The notes under the pieces: generated by a model
The model's database searches: none
What the model was told of the DNA's origin: nothing
What the model saw: only the letters and a program-made list of their open reading frames with translations
Made by a program: the position numbers and the translations under genes
In this document: piece after piece, positions 1 through 7,676 of the stretch
How positions within the stretch are numbered: position 1 is the stretch's first letter
How the letters are laid out: each line of letters begins with the position of its first letter
NCBI GenBank assembly: GCA_964392445.1
Contig: CAYMPD010000005.1
Span: 29,848-50,663 of the forward strand
Source: an uncultured archaeon
GTDB lineage: Archaea; Aenigmatarchaeota; Aenigmatarchaeia; CG10238-14
Direction: 5' to 3'
Length of the DNA stretch: 20,816 nt

Positions 1-240
1 TGTTGTAGAGGTCATGCTTGGAATATAGTTCAATTACCCGGTGAAAATAGGTGGTTAATTATGGACACTACTGGAAATGATAAATCTTATGTAATAAGTA
101 GTTTTCCGAAATGGGGTTATGATTACTGTTCCGCTCTTGGTGTTTTTAATGGTGAATCACTTGATGAAGACGGATGTAGTAATGATGCTCAAAAGGTAAA
201 CTGTCCAGGTAGGTCTAATACAATTGGATGTGAGGTGTAA
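1..240 (+). CDS. 3' end of a transglutaminase-like (papain-fold) domain protein, truncated by the window edge
   Basis: Frame 1 is open from base 1 to TAA 238-240 (CCRGHAWNIVQLPGENRWLIMDTTGND...NCPGRSNTIGCEV*). HAWN...W..MDTT matches the His and Asp motifs of transglutaminase-like cores. Not in the ORF track. Confidence 0.75.
   Translation, partial: CCRGHAWNIVQLPGENRWLIMDTTGNDKSYVISSFPKWGYDYCSALGVFNGESLDEDGCSNDAQKVNCPGRSNTIGCEV
232..237 (+). promoter_or_regulatory. Shine-Dalgarno GAGGTG for ATG 245
   Basis: GAGGTG lies 7 nt before ATG 245, inside the last codons of the upstream gene. This favours 245 over the TTG 224 start in the ORF track. Confidence 0.65.
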
Positions 241-244
241 GAAA

Positions 245-1402
245 ATGAAAAATAAAAAAATGATGAAAATATTGGAAATCTTTACAGTTCTTTTAATCTT
301 AAACTTAACTTTGGTATCGGCACAAACACTTAGAGTAACAAAGCCAGTACCAGAAGAAATAAGACTTGGAGATGTTCTAGAGGTTAATATAATTATTGAA
401 AATTTGGAAAATAGGAGAATTGATATTTATGTTAAAGAAATGATTGGGAATGCAGAACCAATTGATCCACCTGAACTTAATCAACCATCATCACCTACAG
501 GCTGTAAATATTGTATGCCGCCCCCTTATTATTCATGGGATATGACTTTACAATCTGAGGAAACTAGAACTATAGTTTACAAAATAAAACCTGTACATCC
601 AGGGGAATTCCTGTTTTCAAGAACTATTGTAACAACTTCAGACGGTGAAACTTATTATTCAAATTTAGCAATCACATATGTAAGATGTAATGAAAACGGT
701 GTGTGTGAAAAGGATTTAGTTGAAAATTACTTTAACTGTCCAGAGGACTGTTCTTCAGGCTCGGAGGATAATGTATGTGATTTAATAGAAGATGGTGTAT
801 GTGATCCTGATTGCTTCGAAGGAGTTGATCCTGATTGTGTAGATCAAGAGCCTGTAATTGAACCTCAAGATTGGCAAAAATGGATATACATAAATTTCAA
901 AGAAGATGAACAAGGAAGAATAACTATTGAAGATGTTATGACAAGTATTGAATTACCCACTATTCCTCAACCCCCAGGTGATTATTATCTGGAGTTTATC
1001 ATGGAAAATGGTACAGTGATAAAGAAGGGTAATTTTGATATAACAAAAGGGAAAATTGTGTTGGAATATTCGGAGGACATAGAAGATCTTGTAGTTAAGA
1101 AAGATAATGAGGAATTGTTAAGATTTGATTTAAAACAGGTTCTTTGCAATCATGACGGTGTTTGTGATGATTCTGAGAACTTTTTCAGTTGCCCGGATGA
1201 TTGTATCTCGGGTTCAGATGATGGTGTTTGTGATGGGATAAAAGATGGAATAATTGATCCTGATTGTAGAAGACAAAAAAAGTTAGAATTAGATCCAGAT
1301 TATTCAAAACCTAAATGGTGGAAATGGCCAGCGATAGCTGTTGGGTTGGTATTATTGATTGTTATTGGAGTTATTGTTATGTTTTGGAGGGAACGGGAGT
1401 AG
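245..1402 (+). CDS. Secreted, C-terminally membrane-anchored surface protein: Ig-like domain plus two Cys/Asp-rich modules
   Basis: Signal peptide (KKMMKILEIFTVLLILNLTLVSA); beta-rich Ig-like segment (EVNIIIENL...YKIKPVHPGEF); two CN.DG.C...EN...CP.DC.SGS.D.VCD...DG..DPDC modules; C-terminal TM (WPAIAVGLVLLIVIGVIVMFW) followed by RERE. Confidence 0.8.
   Translation: MKNKKMMKILEIFTVLLILNLTLVSAQTLRVTKPVPEEIRLGDVLEVNIIIENLENRRIDIYVKEMIGNAEPIDPPELNQPSSPTGCKYCMPPPYYSWDMTLQSEETRTIVYKIKPVHPGEFLFSRTIVTTSDGETYYSNLAITYVRCNENGVCEKDLVENYFNCPEDCSSGSEDNVCDLIEDGVCDPDCFEGVDPDCVDQEPVIEPQDWQKWIYINFKEDEQGRITIEDVMTSIELPTIPQPPGDYYLEFIMENGTVIKKGNFDITKGKIVLEYSEDIEDLVVKKDNEELLRFDLKQVLCNHDGVCDDSENFFSCPDDCISGSDDGVCDGIKDGIIDPDCRRQKKLELDPDYSKPKWWKWPAIAVGLVLLIVIGVIVMFWRERE
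686..1303 (+). repeat. Two intragenic Cys/Asp-rich repeat modules (about 686-838 and 1145-1303)
   Basis: CNENGVCEKDLVENYFNCPEDCSSGSEDNVCDLIEDGVCDPDC versus CNHDGVCDDSENFFSCPDDCISGSDDGVCDGIKDGIIDPDC. Confidence 0.85.
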
Positions 1403-1403
1403 A

Positions 1404-3197
1404 TTATGAGACTAATTTTTCTCTGATAACAGTATAAGCATCATCACTTGTATGATAAACGTAAACTTCCCCTGTTTCAGTATTTATGAATGGCTGAGGC
1501 ATATCAGGCCCGCAAGATTCTTCATCAGTGCTCTGTCCTAATGGGTTTAAATCATATTTTTCCCAGTTTCTTAAATTTTGACTTCTTGCTACCCCCCAAC
1601 CATAAACGTTTTGTTCTTCCGGCCCCCCACAATTCCAGTTCAAAGTACCTCCCTCATAAAACATCCAATAATAACCATTAGATTCTAATATCCTAGGCAT
1701 GCTTCTACTTCCCTTCTCCCAAGAACCAAGACTATTATCAAGTATGTAGTTCCCAGAATGGTGAAGATCAGTCATGCTACTTCCAGTATGATAAGTGATA
1801 GATAATTCAGTATTAGAGACTTTTTCTGCATAAAAAACATACACAGTACCATCAAATTGATAGACGCTAGGAGTTGCCCTAGTTTTACCATCAAATGAAA
1901 ATAAGGCTCCTCTTTTACTCCAAGATTTACCATCACTAGATGTAGCCCAATGTATTCCCTCTGGTGGTTCTTCATAAACCATTGCCCATTCACCATTTAC
2001 TCTAGCAACTGACGGTGCGACGCTAAAATCAGTTCCATCAGCAGCAATAGGATCGGTATTTGTTATCACAGAATCGCCACCATATTTATCAAAAGTATTA
2101 CCATTATCATTTGAAATTGATAAACAAATCTCAGGCCAATCATTTTCATTATAACATCTATGATACATATACATGGTTGAAGGGTTTATATCTGGACGAT
2201 GAACAGCAAAAGCTTCTCTATGACCAGAATTAGGTGGTGGTAAGGGTACTGGATTTTGATCTACAGTGAAATGTGCGTTATGATTCCAAAAGTCAATCAG
2301 TGTCACATCCCCATTTGGTTCTACTGTTGTAGTCGTAGTGGTTTCACCTGCTTCCAAAACAGTTAATCTTGCCTGATCTTCACATTTGGAACCTCCGCCA
2401 TCAGTTGAGCTTGCACGCAAATTATATTCTCCTGGAGAAGGTGGTGTAAACCTACATTCAACGTCACAATTCTTCACAAAACCATCAGGTCCTGTAATTT
2501 CGAGTTTAATATCTTCCCAAGGTGGTGGGGGTGGTAAGTCTGCATCTTGATTATGTACACCAACAGCTTTAACCTCCCTTCCAAATTCAACAATTAGATG
2601 TTGATGTAAAGGATCTGGACTTCCACCTGTAAATGTATGAAATCTAGCTTGAGTTGAATCATAAGGACATGGACCAGAAATTGCAGTGGTTGTAGAAGTG
2701 GTTTCTTCAGAAACATCAGCAAATTGAGCAAACATTCTAACTTGCCCATCTTCTCCCTTTTGCAGTGTTATTCTATAACTCTTAAATCTAACTTTTCCCG
2801 AGATAGTGTTGACCAAAGTTAAAAGACTTCTTTCTTCCACCTCACTTTTTAATTGTATTTCACAATTTAACTGCCGACAATCGATATCATCTCTAAAATT
2901 GATGCATAAATTATTCCCTTCAGATATACCTCTGTCATTAGTATGATCATCGCCGTCATTGGAAGCATATAAGTTCTTGGTTAATCCCGAAAAAGAATGA
3001 GTTTCTGACATTTTTCCTATTCCCGAAGTCTCACAAAAAGAATTAACCTTTGAAACTAACATGTCAAATGATTCCATAGTGGATTGTCTGTGGTTCTCTA
3101 ATGTAATATCCGATACAACCTTAACAAAAAAAGAGAAAAATATTAGTGAAATCACTACTCCACCAACAACCCATATCCAATTTGAAACTCCTTTCAA
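1404..3197 (-). CDS. Pilin-like (class III signal) protein fused through Thr-rich linkers to a five-bladed beta-propeller glycoside-hydrolase-like domain
   Basis: MKG|VSNWIWVVGGVVISLIFF N-terminus; first ~155 aa paralogous to 6375..6899; TTSTTT and TTTTTT linkers; repeated blade motifs APSVARVNGEWAMVYE, TPSVYQFDGTVYVFYA, MPRILESNGYYWMFYEG, MPQPFINTETGEVYVYHT, typical of GH32/43/130-like propellers. TTG start. Confidence 0.7.
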   Translation of the reverse strand: MKGVSNWIWVVGGVVISLIFFSFFVKVVSDITLENHRQSTMESFDMLVSKVNSFCETSGIGKMSETHSFSGLTKNLYASNDGDDHTNDRGISEGNNLCINFRDDIDCRQLNCEIQLKSEVEERSLLTLVNTISGKVRFKSYRITLQKGEDGQVRMFAQFADVSEETTSTTTAISGPCPYDSTQARFHTFTGGSPDPLHQHLIVEFGREVKAVGVHNQDADLPPPPPWEDIKLEITGPDGFVKNCDVECRFTPPSPGEYNLRASSTDGGGSKCEDQARLTVLEAGETTTTTTVEPNGDVTLIDFWNHNAHFTVDQNPVPLPPPNSGHREAFAVHRPDINPSTMYMYHRCYNENDWPEICLSISNDNGNTFDKYGGDSVITNTDPIAADGTDFSVAPSVARVNGEWAMVYEEPPEGIHWATSSDGKSWSKRGALFSFDGKTRATPSVYQFDGTVYVFYAEKVSNTELSITYHTGSSMTDLHHSGNYILDNSLGSWEKGSRSMPRILESNGYYWMFYEGGTLNWNCGGPEEQNVYGWGVARSQNLRNWEKYDLNPLGQSTDEESCGPDMPQPFINTETGEVYVYHTSDDAYTVIREKLVS

Positions 3198-3237
3198 GAT
3201 ACCACTAATTTATTTTAGGATTCCTATAATTTAAATC

Positions 3238-3699
3238 ATGAATAAAGCACAGATGTCATTAGAATATATAATAAAGATTACATTACTCCTGGTAGTCGTA
3301 GTGGTTGCTATGGGGTTGATTCTTGGGTTTTCGGATGATATTAAAGTTGCTGTAAGTTATTTTTTCAAGAATCTTCTTGGCAATGACGATACTGACTATG
3401 ATTTTCCAGAAATAGTTGAGAAAAATAGTTTTAGTCTGGGGGAAGTATCTGTTTACATAGAAAGCTGTCATTCTCTTATGTCATCTTTATCTGAGGATGA
3501 GCAGAGAAATATCGTATGTTATGTTCTTGAAGCTGATGAAACTTTTGATAATTTTGGTCCAGGTGCCGATCCGGGTACTGATTGGGAAAGTGAACTTTCA
3601 TCCTTAGCTTTAGTATCTGATATAGAAGCAGATTTCGACAAAGTTATCATCAAGATCGAGTATAAGGACGTGGGTAACAGCATAATAATAAGTGATTAA
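3238..3699 (+). CDS. Archaeal type IV pilin-like protein with class III signal peptide (QxSxE type)
   Basis: MNKA|QMSLEYIIKITLLLVVVVVAMGLILGF: short basic leader, Q+1, S+3, E+5, then a long hydrophobic helix. Confidence 0.8.
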   Translation: MNKAQMSLEYIIKITLLLVVVVVAMGLILGFSDDIKVAVSYFFKNLLGNDDTDYDFPEIVEKNSFSLGEVSVYIESCHSLMSSLSEDEQRNIVCYVLEADETFDNFGPGADPGTDWESELSSLALVSDIEADFDKVIIKIEYKDVGNSIIISD

Positions 3700-5200
3700 T
3701 TTGAAAGGTGTGGGTTTTAATTTAATTATTTTTAGTAGTTTGGCTATAGTCTCTATAGTTGTTTTTCTTTTGATTTTGAACTCTATTATTCCGAATTTTA
3801 TGGGAAGGAGTCTTTGTAAAGTTTACCACATTATAATAGCTTTTCCTTTACCTAAGCAACTCAAACCCCACATACCCGGGTGTTCATTGTATCCAGAGAT
3901 GGAGAGAATTATCTTAGAAGAGGAATCTAGTAATGCTCAGACTTTAACTTACTATATAGAAAAGTGTTGGGACAAATCCCAAGAAGGTAGAAGTGGACAA
4001 AGTTTTATTTGCTATGAATTATTTCTGAAAAAAGTTCCAAGAGAATTCAATTATGAAAATATTTTAACGGAACTAAAAGACGAAGGAAAAATAGAATGGC
4101 TATCAGGTCCAATAGAGGGGTCAGATATAACAGTTATTATAAAATATAACTCAGAAACTGGAAAGATAGAATTTATAGGTACTGATATAATAACTTCAAC
4201 CACCACAAGTGCTGCCATGATTTCTACTACCACTAAATCTACTTCAACTACAACATCTTCAATAGCCACTACTTCAACTACAACTCCTGGTGCTTTACAG
4301 GTTAAAGTTTTTTTACTCATTTTCAATCCTATTATTGAATCTAATGGAGGTCAAAAATTAACAGAAATTAAAGGCTGGTATGATCCCGAAATATTAACTC
4401 AAAGTTATATACAAGACATTAAAGATGTTAGTGGGAGTTTTGTAGATTACAAAATTGAAGAAAAAATAGAAATAGATGATATTCCAAAGAAAGAAGATGG
4501 GTTTGATTATACTGATGAAATTTATTTAGAATGTACTAATAATCCTAGTTCTTGTCATTCTCCTGATTGGGTTGATTATCATTCGATCCTAAATGATTAT
4601 AACATCTGTAATAAGTTAAATAATGGGAAAATTGATGAACTCTGGATATGGGGTGGGCCCTGGTTTGGTTATTATGAGGCAAGAATGGCAGGTACTGGAT
4701 CATGGTATACAAACGGACCAGTATTAACTGGTACAAGTTGCGATAGACCCTTACATATTATGGGATTCAATTACGAAAGAACGGAAAATTTCATGTTAGA
4801 GTCCTTTTCACATAGAGTAGAAGGTACAATACAACATTTTGTAGGTCTCAGTGAATGGGATAAATTTGATGGGCAAAGATATAGATATTCACATAGTTAT
4901 AATTGTGACCCTAATGATGGTCGTCCTCCCATTGATACTGTAAATGCGCATTGTGGGAATGTTCACTTTACACCGAATTCTCAATGTCATTATGAATATG
5001 ATAGTTCAGAAAAAGTATTGTCTGATTGTGACGATTGGATTAATTATCCTCACCTTATCGGAGCTAAAAAGGAGACAGATTGCACTGAATGGGGTTGTAA
5101 TCATTATGGTTATATGAAATGGTGGTTGAGTCATTTACCAAAAAACTCAGGTGAAACGAACGGGATATTCAATAACTGGTGGAAATATGTCGTAGGTTAA
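3692..5200 (+). CDS. Pilin-like protein plus Thr/Ser-rich stalk plus ~300-aa extracellular domain (putative metal-binding hydrolase)
   Basis: LKG|VGFNLIIFSSLAIVSIVVFLLIL; YIEKCW...ICY motif shared with neighbours; Thr/Ser linker at aa ~164-199; C-terminal domain with DELWIWGGPWFGYYEARMAG, FNYER..MLESFSHRVE, HCGNVHFTPNS, WWLSHLP, NWWKY. Confidence 0.7.
   Translation: MINLKGVGFNLIIFSSLAIVSIVVFLLILNSIIPNFMGRSLCKVYHIIIAFPLPKQLKPHIPGCSLYPEMERIILEEESSNAQTLTYYIEKCWDKSQEGRSGQSFICYELFLKKVPREFNYENILTELKDEGKIEWLSGPIEGSDITVIIKYNSETGKIEFIGTDIITSTTTSAAMISTTTKSTSTTTSSIATTSTTTPGALQVKVFLLIFNPIIESNGGQKLTEIKGWYDPEILTQSYIQDIKDVSGSFVDYKIEEKIEIDDIPKKEDGFDYTDEIYLECTNNPSSCHSPDWVDYHSILNDYNICNKLNNGKIDELWIWGGPWFGYYEARMAGTGSWYTNGPVLTGTSCDRPLHIMGFNYERTENFMLESFSHRVEGTIQHFVGLSEWDKFDGQRYRYSHSYNCDPNDGRPPIDTVNAHCGNVHFTPNSQCHYEYDSSEKVLSDCDDWINYPHLIGAKKETDCTEWGCNHYGYMKWWLSHLPKNSGETNGIFNNWWKYVVG
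4181..4288 (+). repeat. Low-complexity Thr/Ser linker containing two copies of CTACTTCAACTACAAC
   Basis: Encodes TDIITSTTTSAAMISTTTKSTSTTTSSIATTSTTTP. Confidence 0.8.
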
Positions 5201-5216
5201 TTATAGAAGTGATATA

Positions 5217-5762
5217 ATGGAAATCGAAATTATAGGTGCAATTACTATCGGAATATTTGTGTTTATTGTTTCTGTTCTTGTTATTATTTCTTTTAGCTAT
5301 GATATTAGGTTAAGTTTTATTAGTAAAATAAAAGAAACGTTCAGTAATTTATATTCTCAAATTTTTGGTCGGGAATATTACAACATTTGTCAGGCTTATG
5401 ACGGGGATTATATTTCCTTTAATGACTTTGGGATTTTATTGAATGCTTACTACAATCAAAAATGTAAAGATAGAAAAACAAGTGTTATACTAAGTTTTTC
5501 TCTTTCCAAAGAAGATGTCAAAGAAATTTCAAAAAAGTTAGAGATGGCAAGAGAAGGCGAATTAATTTACTATGGTCCTGCGGATGAACCTTTGGGAATT
5601 GGTGGGATAATAATTGATACTAGAGCGGATTATGGTGATTATGCGTTCAAATTTAAAGATAATGTTACTCTTTGGAATGATGGTTCTCCTGAAAAAGATA
5701 CTCTGTTGAAATTAACAGGTATAAACTGTGATGTTTATGCGAATACTTGTGATCCCAGATAA
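5217..5762 (+). CDS. Membrane-anchored pilin-like or accessory protein
   Basis: N-terminal hydrophobic helix (MEIEIIGAITIGIFVFIVSVLVII) without a clear basic leader; four Cys; co-oriented within the cluster; GTGAT SD-like motif upstream. Confidence 0.6.
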   Translation: MEIEIIGAITIGIFVFIVSVLVIISFSYDIRLSFISKIKETFSNLYSQIFGREYYNICQAYDGDYISFNDFGILLNAYYNQKCKDRKTSVILSFSLSKEDVKEISKKLEMAREGELIYYGPADEPLGIGGIIIDTRADYGDYAFKFKDNVTLWNDGSPEKDTLLKLTGINCDVYANTCDPR

Positions 5763-5799
5763 TGTAATTAATTTATTCCAAGTTCTCTAATCTTATGGT

Positions 5800-6372
5800 A
5801 TGAAAGGTTTTAGTCAAGGTATCCCGAGTTATCTATATGTTCTGGTCGCTTTAATTGTGGCAGTAATAATGCTTACGATGATTTTCAGATATTCAGACGT
5901 TTTTATCGAGGAGAGAACAAACATTACCATCGGTGGGGATGAAAAATCTATCTCGAAGAGTTTGGCACGAATAATCCAAGAATGTTGGGAAGATAATAGA
6001 ATGGGATTGGAAGATGAATCTAGCATCTGTAAGGAAATAAACTTTGAGGAAAATTTGAAGGTAGAAGAAAAAAATGTTACAGAATATTTGAACTGTGAAA
6101 AATTACCTAACGATGATTGTTATCCTTATCCTGAGACTTCAGCGGATTACGATTGTGGTGAATGTTTCTCAGATTATTTTGGCGATACTGACAAGATACT
6201 TTGGTTTGCTGAAAAAGAAAATACAAGAATAAAAATTAATTATTTTGGTGGATCAAGAAAAATCGTGGTCACTGGGTCTCCTTGTGATAATAGATGTATA
6301 TGTGAGAGAGATTGTAAACAGAAGTGTATAGATGGACTACGAAATTGTAAAGAGTGTTATAATAAGTGTTGA
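5800..6372 (+). CDS. Pilin-like protein with Cys-rich C-terminal tail
   Basis: MKG|FSQGIPSYLYVLVALIVAVIML; IIQECW...ICKEI and IKINY motifs shared with 3238 and 3692; tail CDNRCICERDCKQKCIDGLRNCKECYNKC. Confidence 0.7.
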   Translation: MKGFSQGIPSYLYVLVALIVAVIMLTMIFRYSDVFIEERTNITIGGDEKSISKSLARIIQECWEDNRMGLEDESSICKEINFEENLKVEEKNVTEYLNCEKLPNDDCYPYPETSADYDCGECFSDYFGDTDKILWFAEKENTRIKINYFGGSRKIVVTGSPCDNRCICERDCKQKCIDGLRNCKECYNKC

Positions 6373-6374
6373 TT

Positions 6375-6899
6375 ATGAAAGGAGTTGCAAACTGGATCAT
6401 GGTTATAGGCGGGGTTATAATAGGTTTAACTCTATTCTTTGTTTCAGTTAATCTAATAATCAGACAAATAAGAACAAATCAAAAGCAAACTGTACTTGGA
6501 AAAATGCAGAATTTCCACGGTCAGCTTGTAACTGCTTGTAAGATGGGATTGGGACATAAAAAAAACTATGAATTAACTTTACCAGATACTGTAAGAGCTG
6601 TCTATGTAGGCAATGAGACTTATGAATCACCACCGGACAAAGTTTCTGTGATGGTATCTAATCGAGATAAGGCTGTAGGAAATCATACTTGTATTCAATT
6701 TTTTGATGATAATCTTCCCATTTGCCAGTACATAGGATGTTATGCTTCTATGACTTATATGGGATCTCCTTCTTTGAAATCCAACTTACAGACCTTAATT
6801 TCTCGAATAAAGGGTGAGTATCCGGTTTATGAATACACTGTGGAGATAGAAAAATCAGATGAATATTTCTTGGATGTCACTGGTGGACTGGGAAGATAG
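6375..6899 (+). CDS. Pilin-like protein (class III signal), paralog of the N-terminal domain of 1404..3197
   Basis: MKG|VANWIMVIGGVIIGLTLFF. ATG 6375 is preferred over GTG 6366 because it aligns with the paralog's start. Four Cys align with the paralog. Confidence 0.75.
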   Translation: MKGVANWIMVIGGVIIGLTLFFVSVNLIIRQIRTNQKQTVLGKMQNFHGQLVTACKMGLGHKKNYELTLPDTVRAVYVGNETYESPPDKVSVMVSNRDKAVGNHTCIQFFDDNLPICQYIGCYASMTYMGSPSLKSNLQTLISRIKGEYPVYEYTVEIEKSDEYFLDVTGGLGR

Positions 6900-6935
6900 G
6901 TGTAAAATATATTTATTGAAAACTTAATTTATTGT

Positions 6936-7217
6936 ATGAGGACTCTGAAGAAACTAATTTTAATGATTTTTTTAATATTTTTGTTAGTGGGATTGGATAT
7001 AGTCTTTTCGGCTGATATCTGTGATATACTCCCTGACTTGGCTTTCTGTGTTTCTAAAAAGAAAACCTATACTTTCATAACAAAACCACCAGAAGAAAAC
7101 CCAAAACCAAAAGAATCTACTACACCAAATATATGCAAAGTACTGCCATGGTTGCCTTTTTGTAAGTATTCTGGATCAGTTCAAACGGGAGAGATTGTAA
7201 AAATAGATTTTTCTTAG
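6936..7217 (+). CDS. Small secreted protein with duplicated ICxxLPxLxFC motif
   Basis: Signal peptide MRTLKKLILMIFLIFLLVGLDIVFSA; ICDILPDLAFC and ICKVLPWLPFC separated by a Pro/Thr/Lys/Glu-rich spacer. Confidence 0.65.
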   Translation: MRTLKKLILMIFLIFLLVGLDIVFSADICDILPDLAFCVSKKKTYTFITKPPEENPKPKESTTPNICKVLPWLPFCKYSGSVQTGEIVKIDFS

Positions 7218-7228
7218 GTCAAGGAGAT

Positions 7229-7645
7229 TCATTTAACATCAAACAAAAACCTATATCTATCCTTACCAACTCTTTCCAATCTCTGAATTCTGATTTTCCC
7301 AATCTCAGAAGTATTATTAACATGATCATCTGCACAAGGTCTTTTATCAAATCCTTGGATATGTACTATTCTTATTTTCTGAATCTTTTTTGGAACTTTT
7401 CTTAGTTCAACCTCTTTCTCAGCTTTTTTGCGTGACAGAATATATTTCTTAACTGGTAGATTCCGCGATATTACTTCATTTGTTTTATTTTCTAGTTCTT
7501 TTAAATCAATTTCTCTTAAATCTACATCAGAATAAACCTCTAACAGTCCGATATCATCGAATTTACAGATTCCCACTTTCACTTCGAATTTATCCTCCAG
7601 AATTTTCGCTAGAATATGTTCGGCTGTAGGAAGTCTTGGGTTCAT
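7229..7645 (-). CDS. alaX: Stand-alone AlaX-like tRNA editing-domain protein (tRNA_SAD fold)
   Basis: TAEHIL, IRIVHIQGFDKRPCADDHVNNTSEIGKIRI and terminal YRFLF match the AlaRS/ThrRS editing domain. First His of HxxxH is replaced by Pro. Confidence 0.8.
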   Translation of the reverse strand: MNPRLPTAEHILAKILEDKFEVKVGICKFDDIGLLEVYSDVDLREIDLKELENKTNEVISRNLPVKKYILSRKKAEKEVELRKVPKKIQKIRIVHIQGFDKRPCADDHVNNTSEIGKIRIQRLERVGKDRYRFLFDVK

Positions 7646-7676
7646 ATATATTTCTTCATCAATATTAATTTAAAAT
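7646..7676. promoter_or_regulatory. 31-bp divergent intergenic region between alaX and trmY with back-to-back TATA-like boxes
   Basis: TATATA near 7645-7650 is about 27-30 nt before trmY ATG 7677. TTTTAAAT on the minus strand near 7668-7675 is a similar distance before alaX ATG 7645. No SD seen, so leaderless transcripts are inferred. Confidence 0.4.

Noticed and set aside
1490-1996. ORFs 1490..1681 (+) and 1772..1996 (-)
   Set aside because: Both lie within the long pilin-propeller gene (antisense or alternative frame) and have no motifs or RBS; treated as shadow ORFs.
3283-6026. Minus-strand ORFs 3283..3471, 4051..4326, 4545..4736 and 5829..6026
   Set aside because: Antisense to well-supported genes. 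The Val/Glu run in 4051..4326 is simply the reverse complement of the Thr/Ser linker.
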